Of a stretch of DNA of 64,000 nt, positions 57,101 to 64,000 are shown in pieces. The first letter of the stretch is position 1. Each line of letters begins with the position of its first letter. Origin of the DNA: Rickettsiales bacterium (GTDB taxonomy: Bacteria; Pseudomonadota; Alphaproteobacteria; Rickettsiales; RGZB01). Made by a program: the position numbers and the translations under genes. The notes beneath the pieces were generated by a model that worked only from the letters and a program-made list of their open reading frames with translations, was not told where the DNA came from and searched no databases. The stretch is taken from the NCBI GenBank assembly GCA_044356525.1, contig JBIKVZ010000001.1, positions 416,562 through 480,561 of the forward strand. The letters run 5' to 3'.

Positions 57101-58523
57101 GTTTTTAACCATCATGATGTTTGTCGGGCTATGCCTTGGTTTGCTCACGGGCTTTCCGGTAGCCTTCGTGCTCGCCGGTGTGTCGCTGATTTTTGCAGGT
57201 ATCGGCAGTGCATTTGGTGTATTTGACCCATCGTACCTTACGGCCCTACCGAGCCGGATTTACGGCACAATGATGAACGACTTACTGCTTGCCGTTCCGT
57301 TATTTATTTTCATGGGCACGATGCTTGAAAAATCCCGCATTGCCGAGCGCCTCCTGACAGCAATGGCACGCCTGTTTGGTGGTAGGCCAGGCGGCCTGGG
57401 CCTTGCGGTTGTGTTGGTGGGCGGCATTTTAGCCGCCTCAACCGGCATTGTGGGTGCCACGGTTGTGACCATGGGGCTTATCGCCCTGCCCGCCATGCTG
57501 AAAAGTAAATACAGCCCCCGCATTGCCACCGGTGCCATTTGCGCCTCGGGCACGCTGGGGCAGATTATCCCGCCCTCGATAGTACTTATTCTCCTGGGAG
57601 ATCAGATTTCTTCATCCTGGCAAACGGCACAGATGAAAATGGGCAACATGTCGCCCACGCCTGTGAGCGTCGCTGACCTATTCACCGGTGCGATGCTGCC
57701 GGGTTTTGGTCTTGTGTTGCTTTATGCGCTCTTCCTATGGGGCTACTCGCTATACCGCCCGAAATCCATGCCCCCGATGCGGAAAATTCGCCAGCTTACG
57801 CTCAGGCAGCTTCTCTGGGTGTTGGTTCCACCACTATTGCTGATTGCAGCGGTGCTTGGCTCGATTTTGGCCGGACTGGCTACGGCCACGGAATCTGCTG
57901 CGATTGGCGCTTTTGGCGCCATGGTACTGGCCTTTGTGCAGAGAAAACTTACCCGTCGCAACCTTACCTATGTGGTGCGTGAAACCACCAAAAACACCTG
58001 CATGGTGTTTGCCATTTTAATTGGCGCGGCATTTTTCACCGTGGTGTTCCGCGGTGTTGGTGGGGACGATGTGGTGCACCATGCCCTTGCCAACCTGCCG
58101 GGTGGCCTGTTTATGGCCATGCTGGTGGTGATGGTGGTGATGTTTTTGCTTGGCTTCTTCCTTGATTTTATTGAAATCATTTTTGTAGTGGTGCCGATTG
58201 TTGCTCCGGTGCTGCTGCTTTTGGGGGCAGATCCGGTGTGGCTTGCCATCATGATGGCGGTGAATCTGCAAACCTCCTTCCTTACCCCGCCGTTTGGCTT
58301 TGCGCTATTTTATCTGCGGGGAGTAGCGCCTGCACAGGTTAAAACCAGCGACATCTACCGGGGTGTAGTGCCGTTTATTGCACTACAGATAGTGATGCTC
58401 TGCATCATTGCGGCTTACCCCAAAATTGCTACCTGGCTACCAGAAACACTGTACGGCACGAATTTTAAAACGGTGGCGCCTGCCATGGAAGGTTCCATCC
58501 CGATTCACACCATCGATTTCTAA
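57093..58523 (+). CDS. dctM: TRAP transporter large permease (DctM)
   Basis: 476 aa, polytopic. Start overlaps the dctQ stop. Confidence 0.88.
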   Translation: MAEFLTIMMFVGLCLGLLTGFPVAFVLAGVSLIFAGIGSAFGVFDPSYLTALPSRIYGTMMNDLLLAVPLFIFMGTMLEKSRIAERLLTAMARLFGGRPGGLGLAVVLVGGILAASTGIVGATVVTMGLIALPAMLKSKYSPRIATGAICASGTLGQIIPPSIVLILLGDQISSSWQTAQMKMGNMSPTPVSVADLFTGAMLPGFGLVLLYALFLWGYSLYRPKSMPPMRKIRQLTLRQLLWVLVPPLLLIAAVLGSILAGLATATESAAIGAFGAMVLAFVQRKLTRRNLTYVVRETTKNTCMVFAILIGAAFFTVVFRGVGGDDVVHHALANLPGGLFMAMLVVMVVMFLLGFFLDFIEIIFVVVPIVAPVLLLLGADPVWLAIMMAVNLQTSFLTPPFGFALFYLRGVAPAQVKTSDIYRGVVPFIALQIVMLCIIAAYPKIATWLPETLYGTNFKTVAPAMEGSIPIHTIDF

Positions 58524-58533
58524 AAGGTTAGAC

Positions 58534-59073
58534 ATGCTCGGATTTGGCAAAAAAATAACACCGCAGCAAAAAGCGGTTCAGGACGCACAAACGGTAATCG
58601 AGCGTACGCGTTACCCGCTATTGCGTGCAGCGTGGGGCGAATACCGCCGCATCAAGCGCATGAGCGATACGTATGACAACCTCGACCAAGGTGAAAATCT
58701 CTACACCACACCAGAATGGTTTGGTTTGCATAAGCTCATTGCCTATGGTGGGGACTTCAACAAGTTTGATCTATACGAGCTCTATATTCTTCGCAGCCTG
58801 AAAACCGGCTACACCATGTATGACGAAACCATGCATGTGTTGATGGACCATCACGATGACGAAAAAGAGGCACAATATTTATTCGCCGCGCACCCTTCCC
58901 TTTCCAAGCATGTGCCGCCCGAATTTAATAATTCGCGGCAGGTGATTAAAGTGCTGGTGGAAGTCGCCAACCAGTACCGCCATGACATGGAAGATTTCAG
59001 CGGCCTTTATGCTGAGAAAATTGATGAAGCGATTGTAAAAATCGTGAAAGCCGCTGCCAAAAAAATCGGGTAA
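58534..59073 (+). CDS. hypothetical protein (179 aa)
   Basis: In-frame ATG 58534 (MLGFGKKITPQQ) after the dctM stop. The track start 58408 would overlap dctM. Confidence 0.5.
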   Translation: MLGFGKKITPQQKAVQDAQTVIERTRYPLLRAAWGEYRRIKRMSDTYDNLDQGENLYTTPEWFGLHKLIAYGGDFNKFDLYELYILRSLKTGYTMYDETMHVLMDHHDDEKEAQYLFAAHPSLSKHVPPEFNNSRQVIKVLVEVANQYRHDMEDFSGLYAEKIDEAIVKIVKAAAKKIG

Positions 59074-59079
59074 AATCGA

Positions 59080-60852
59080 TTACGCGCTGAGTGATTTTCC
59101 GGCTGCGGTGCCGTCATCGTCGTTCGCCGCCGCGCCGTTCTTCGTAATCACGCGCGCCGCAGGCAGCACCACACGGGCCGTTGTGCCCTTCCCTTTTTGG
59201 CTGGTCAGGTCAAAGCGCCCGCCATGCAGCTCCACCAGCATTTTGCATAAGGGAAGCCCCAGCCCCGTGCCGCCATAACGCGGGTCTTTATGCACCTGCC
59301 CGAACACGGAAAGTGCGCGCGGAATATCCGCCTCGTCCATCCCGATGCCAGTGTCAGAAACCGTAATCACCATTTCGCCGTGGGTGCCAACGCCAGCATG
59401 CAATTCCACCCGCCCGCCTTTGGGTGTAAACTTCACGGCATTTGATAGCAGGTTCAGCAGCACCTGTTTTAGTTTGCGTTCATCCACGAACAGGCTTGGT
59501 AGATTTTCTGGTGCGTGCGCCGTAATCATAATGCCTTCGCTACGCGCTTTTTCTACGAACATACGCACACAGGTTTGCACCAGCTTGGCGGTGATCACTT
59601 TTTCAGGACGGATTTCAAGCTTGCCCGCCTCACCTTTAGAGAATTCCAGAATATCATTAATCAGCTCCAGCAGATGCGTGCCGCACATACGGATGTCTGA
59701 CAGGCGTTCTTTCTGCTTCGTGTTCATTTTGCCGAAGTAACCCGCTTCCAGCATTTCCGAAAAACCAATCACCGCGTTCAGCGGAGTGCGCAGTTCATGG
59801 CTCATATTGGCAAGGAATTCCGTTTTGGCCTGGTTGGCCATCACGGCGGCTTGTTCCGAGCGTTCTACGCGCTGCATCTGGCGCGCCATGGTCATGGCAA
59901 AGCCCACAATTACCAATGCGAACAGCGCGAATAAACCAAGGAACACCCCGTCATTAATGCGGCTCTGCCACCACTCTTTAAAAATGTCATCCCCGCGGCT
60001 CACGAGCCCCGTCACCAGCCTTAAATTCGGAATATAACCATAGCTGTAAATGCGCACATCTTTGGTGCTGAGGCGGCGTTCGTTCGTGCCGTCTATTTTT
60101 GTACCCACGGGGGCCACCGGCGCCACGCCCTGCTCCATCACCAATTTACGCAACGTCGAAAGCTCAGCGGGGTCGTCCGTCACGGAAAGCAGTGTGTTGC
60201 CGTCATCGCGCAGCAGCACCATTTTACTGCTTTTGCCGCCTTCGAGCGATTCGAAGAAATCCAGCAAATACGCATTGTTAATCGCCGCCAGCACCATGCC
60301 CGCAAACGAGCCGTCGATGTGCGTTAAGCGGCGCGTCATAATAATCAGGCCCTTATCCTGAATGAAGCTTTGCTTTGGCGCCACATACAGCAAGTCAGGG
60401 TCGTCGGACTCCTGATGCACCATAAAATAATTTTGGTTCTTGAGGGTTTCTTTGCCCTCCATCCATGTCTGGTAGCCTTGCTTGCGGTAAATCGCGGTGA
60501 TTTCACCGGTGCTGTCAGTCATCAACATGGCAGAAATTTGTGGGGTATCATCCACCCACATCATGAAGTTGTTCAGTATGTCTTCAGTGAGCTTGTTGCC
60601 GAACAGTGCGTTAAAATATTGGCGCTCGCTTGCGCGGCGCAGTGTCATATCCACCGCCAGGAACGTTAGTTCCGCATGGTCCGATAAAATGCGGCGCAAG
60701 CGGTCTGCCTCATAGGCGCCGCTTTGAACCGACTGCTTATAATCTTCACGCGCACGATGCACCACGGCAAAGGTGTTCACCAGCATCACAACGATACTGA
60801 AAACGACCAGCACAATGGCCAGGGGGAGGCGCTGCTTTTTATTGTTTATCAT
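59080..60852 (-). CDS. sensor histidine kinase with periplasmic (Cache-like) sensing domain
   Basis: Two TM segments flank a ~270-aa domain. H box MSHELRTPLNAV, N box LLNLLSNAVKFT, DTGIGM, GGTGLGL. Confidence 0.85.
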   Translation of the reverse strand: MINNKKQRLPLAIVLVVFSIVVMLVNTFAVVHRAREDYKQSVQSGAYEADRLRRILSDHAELTFLAVDMTLRRASERQYFNALFGNKLTEDILNNFMMWVDDTPQISAMLMTDSTGEITAIYRKQGYQTWMEGKETLKNQNYFMVHQESDDPDLLYVAPKQSFIQDKGLIIMTRRLTHIDGSFAGMVLAAINNAYLLDFFESLEGGKSSKMVLLRDDGNTLLSVTDDPAELSTLRKLVMEQGVAPVAPVGTKIDGTNERRLSTKDVRIYSYGYIPNLRLVTGLVSRGDDIFKEWWQSRINDGVFLGLFALFALVIVGFAMTMARQMQRVERSEQAAVMANQAKTEFLANMSHELRTPLNAVIGFSEMLEAGYFGKMNTKQKERLSDIRMCGTHLLELINDILEFSKGEAGKLEIRPEKVITAKLVQTCVRMFVEKARSEGIMITAHAPENLPSLFVDERKLKQVLLNLLSNAVKFTPKGGRVELHAGVGTHGEMVITVSDTGIGMDEADIPRALSVFGQVHKDPRYGGTGLGLPLCKMLVELHGGRFDLTSQKGKGTTARVVLPAARVITKNGAAANDDDGTAAGKSLSA

Positions 60853-61007
60853 TGATCAGGCTTGCGTATACTTATCCCACTGGTTTAGTTTCGGCGGTAA
60901 CCGCCAAAAAATCAATCTTTTCCTATGGTCTGGACACACTCCGCGCCTTAGGAAATTGGCTCACTATAGGCAAAATAGGTTAACAAAGTGTTAAGGCTTG
61001 GAAAATA

Positions 61008-62334
61008 ATGGTGTTTCGTATCCAAAGCGCTGCTTTTGCAGGCATTGAGGCCACACCGATTGAGGTGCAGGTGCAGGTGTCTGCCGGCATGCCCGCCTTC
61101 ACCATTGTGGGGCTGCCGATAAGGCTGTGGCTGAGTCGCGCGAGCGCGTAAGGGCAGCGCTTTCGGCCCTTGGCCTATCCCTCTGCCCGCCAAACGCATC
61201 ACCGTAAACCTTGCCCCTGCTGATTTGCCCAAAGAAGGCAGCCATCTGGATTTACCCATTGCTCTAGCGCTGCTCGCCAGCATGGAAGCGGCGCCGAAAG
61301 ACGAAATCGCCCGCTTCTTCGCGCTGGGTGAATTATCGCTCGATGGGCGCATCCGCCCCGTGACAGGTGTGCTACCTGCCGCCATTACCGATGCCAGCCA
61401 CACGGCGGGCCTTATTTGCCCCGAAGAAAACGGCCCTGAAGCCATGTTCGCCAGCGATGCGATGGAAATCCTCGCCGCGCCCTCTCTCCTCGCCCTTATC
61501 AATCATTTCCGTGGCCTAAGCCGCTTGAACCCACCCAGCATGCCGAGCGTGCTGGAGGACGCGCTCTATCCTGACCTTGCCGACATCAAAGGCCAGCGGC
61601 CTTACCGCGCGCCGCATCATTCGAGCTCCATGCCCGCATTGGTGGGTGGTGGCGTAAAAGCCAAACCGGGTGAAATTACCCTCGCGCATAAAGGCGTGCT
61701 GTTTTTAGATGAGCTGGCTGAGTTTCCGCGCCAGGTGCTTGATTCACTCCGCCAGCCACTTGAAACACGCAATGTTACCGTGGCGCGTGCACAGGCGCAC
61801 ATCACATACCCCGCCGATTTTCAGCTTATCGCCGCCATGAATCCGTGCCGCTGCGGTTATTTGTTTGATGCCGCGCGCGCCTGCAACAAAGCACCGCGCT
61901 GTGGGGAAGATTATATGGGCAAACTCTCCGGCCCATTACTTGACCGCTTTGACGTGATTATCGAAGTGCCGGAAGTTGCGCCAAAAGATTTACTCACCGG
62001 CACGCATACACCGTCTGAGCGTTCGGCAAATGTTGCCTTACGCGTGGCCAAGGCGCGCGATATTCAGCAAGCACGATATGAAGCTGCGGGCATCAGCGTT
62101 AATGCGCAGGCCGATGGTGAAGTGCTCGAAGCGGCCACACAACTTTCTGCTGAGAGCAGGGCGCCGCTCATCGACGCGCTCGAAAAAATGGGCTTATCCA
62201 TGCGTGGTCACAACCGTGTGCTGCGCGTGGCACGTACCATTGCAGACTTAGCCGGAGCAGGGGACATCGCCCGCGAACATCTGCTCGAAGCGCTCAGTTA
62301 TCGCCACCGCCATAATCTAAAAATGGCCGCCTAA
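61008..62334 (+). pseudogene. comM: Mg-chelatase-like ATPase ComM/YifB, N-terminal region disrupted by two 1-nt frameshifts
   Basis: Frame 0 from ATG 61008 reads MVFRIQSAAFAGIEATPIEVQVQVSAGMPAFTIVGLP. Frame -1 from 61118 reads DKAVAESRERVRAALSALGLSL. The track ORF frame from about 61183 reads PAKRITVNLAPADLPKEGSHLDLPIALALL..., continuing to 62334 with the AAA core GVLFLDELAEF. Confidence 0.75.
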
Positions 62335-62843
62335 GCAATTTCCACGATGCCGCGGCTCATGCGCGCCTGTTCCACTTTTTCACGCAGCACGGCGCGTACG
62401 GCGTCGGGGTTTTTAATCGCGGAAATTACCGCCACAGGCGTGGAATCATCATTCGTGTTCATAATCACATTACCGCAGCCCACAATGTTTAATTGAAAGG
62501 GGCGGTAGGTGGTGGTGTCGCGCACGCGGTAGAGTTCTAGTTCATGAATCTGGCGGTTAAAAATACCGTATCTTTCGCGCAGCACTTGTTCGGTCATTTC
62601 ATACTGGTGAAAATGAACCACCAGCCATTTCCACGCCATAATCAGCACGGGAAAAGCAGTAATAATCTGCTGCACCAGCGTGGCTTTTTCACCCACGCCC
62701 GGCATGTGCATAAGCCATCCGGCAATCTGTTGCTGCATCACAATATTCAGCACAATAAATATTGCCCAGAAACCGAATGCATTCGCATTCACCCATTGGC
62801 TGGGGCTACCGTGCCAAATTACATCAGCCGCATGTTTGCACAT
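62331..62843 (-). CDS. membrane protein with bacterial PH (bPH_2/YdbS-like) domain
   Basis: Two TM helices, then YEMTEQVLRERYGIFNRQIHELELYRVRD. Start set at ATG 62843 (AAGGA upstream) rather than track 62891. Confidence 0.6.
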   Translation of the reverse strand: MCKHAADVIWHGSPSQWVNANAFGFWAIFIVLNIVMQQQIAGWLMHMPGVGEKATLVQQIITAFPVLIMAWKWLVVHFHQYEMTEQVLRERYGIFNRQIHELELYRVRDTTTYRPFQLNIVGCGNVIMNTNDDSTPVAVISAIKNPDAVRAVLREKVEQARMSRGIVEIA

Positions 62844-62973
62844 AAAAATCCTTACTTTCATAAAGCCAGTTTCTTGGCACCAGTTAACCACAGGCGGGCA
62901 GGGAGGTTAAGTGTTTTTATCAGCGCGCCTATGGGGCTTCCCGCCTGCGCGTATTCCTGCTAGTATACTCGCC

Positions 62974-64000
62974 ATGAAACCGGCCTTTCCGCAGCAGCGT
63001 ACCACTATTTTTGCACCCGCCACCACGCCGGGCAAATCGGGCATTGCCATTGTACGCGTGTCAGGGCCGGGGGCAAAAAGTGCGATTGAGGCGCTCACAG
63101 CCTCTGCCTGCCCACCACCGCGTTATGCGGCGCTTCGTAAAATAATGGTGCCTAAAACGAATGATGTGATTGATAAAGGCCTCGTGCTGTTTTTCCCTGC
63201 GCCGCACAGTTTCACCGGCGAGGATATCGCTGAGTTTCACCTGCATGGCAGTCGCGCCATTTTAAACCTGATGCTGGCCACGCTGGCAAAGTTTGATGGT
63301 TTTCGCCCAGCCGAGGCGGGGGAATTTTCCCGCCGCGCGTTTGAAAATGGGCAGATGGATTTAACCCAGATTGAAGGGCTAGCTGACCTGATTGATGCTG
63401 AAACAGCGCTACAACAAAAACAGGCCATGCGGCAAATGGAGGGCGAGCTTGGCAAGCTTTACAATGGCTGGCGCGACCAGCTCTTGGGCATCATGGCGCT
63501 GATCGAAGCCTACATCGATTTCCCCGACGAAGATTTGCCCGAAAGCCTGAAGGAAGAATTCGTGGCCTCGGTCAGCTTCCTCATGAAGGCGCTTGAGGTG
63601 CACATGAAAGATACGCGCGGCGAGACCTTAAGGGCAGGGGTCGTTATCACTATTTTGGGTGCGCCCAACAGCGGTAAATCCACACTACTCAACTGGCTCG
63701 CCAAGCGCGATGTGGCGATTGTTTCGCATATTGCCGGCACCACGCGTGATGTTATTGAAGTGCAAATGGACCTTGTGGGTTTCCCCGTTACCCTGTGCGA
63801 TACGGCTGGTTTGCGTGAAACAGATGACGTGATTGAGTCAGAAGGCATTCGCCGGGCTATCGAGAAATCCACGCACGCAGATATCAACCTCGTGCTGTTT
63901 GATGCCGCAACCTATCCAAACAAGCTCGATGCCACCAGCCTTGGTCTATTAAATAGCAATAGCATCGTGCTCCTAACCAAAGCGGATATGGCGACCCTGC
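62974..64000 (+). CDS. mnmE: tRNA modification GTPase MnmE; C-terminus cut by right window edge
   Basis: Absent from the track because no stop lies in the window. MKPAFPQQRTTIFAPATTPGKSGIAIVRVSG, SFTGEDIAEFHLHG, G1 GAPNSGKST, GTTRD, DTAG. Confidence 0.88.
   Translation, partial: MKPAFPQQRTTIFAPATTPGKSGIAIVRVSGPGAKSAIEALTASACPPPRYAALRKIMVPKTNDVIDKGLVLFFPAPHSFTGEDIAEFHLHGSRAILNLMLATLAKFDGFRPAEAGEFSRRAFENGQMDLTQIEGLADLIDAETALQQKQAMRQMEGELGKLYNGWRDQLLGIMALIEAYIDFPDEDLPESLKEEFVASVSFLMKALEVHMKDTRGETLRAGVVITILGAPNSGKSTLLNWLAKRDVAIVSHIAGTTRDVIEVQMDLVGFPVTLCDTAGLRETDDVIESEGIRRAIEKSTHADINLVLFDAATYPNKLDATSLGLLNSNSIVLLTKADMATL

Overview
The window looks like the replication-origin neighbourhood of an alphaproteobacterial chromosome, interrupted by about 26 kb of accessory DNA. 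The left core block is rho, hemJ-hemH-hemE, an AT-rich oriC with DnaA boxes, then PDRP(DUF299)-aroE-coaE-dnaQ, secB, metE, guaB, an RTX protein and large orphan proteins. The right core block is lepB-rnc-era, recO, parC, arsC-like, TRAP dctQM, a histidine kinase, comM and mnmE.

The accessory part has two layers. (1) An integration hotspot spans 17975-33529. An intronless tRNA-Leu(UAA) gene has been split in its anticodon loop: the 5' half lies at 17975 and matching 3' halves at 29641 and 31200. Inside are two complete but diverged tRNA-Leu(UAA) genes, each carrying an Azoarcus/cyanobacterial-type group I intron exactly inside the sequence used as the recombination core. A roughly 200-bp repeat (three copies) closes three small integrase-less gene modules. 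(2) A roughly 9-kb P4-integrase island sits at tRNA-Gln (35043-44075). It has imperfect direct repeats and carries a Type III restriction-modification system, a second tyrosine recombinase and AlpA.

Other points of note are a yybP-ykoY-like Mn riboswitch before a UPF0016 exporter, two divergent glutamine-synthetase-like proteins and two tandem CxC secreted paralogs. Several genes are broken: comM, a HEPN-like gene, a receiver-domain gene, one GS-like gene and a truncated TrlF-like ATPase. No CRISPR array or rRNA was seen. All calls come from reading the sequence and ORF track by eye; no database search was run.
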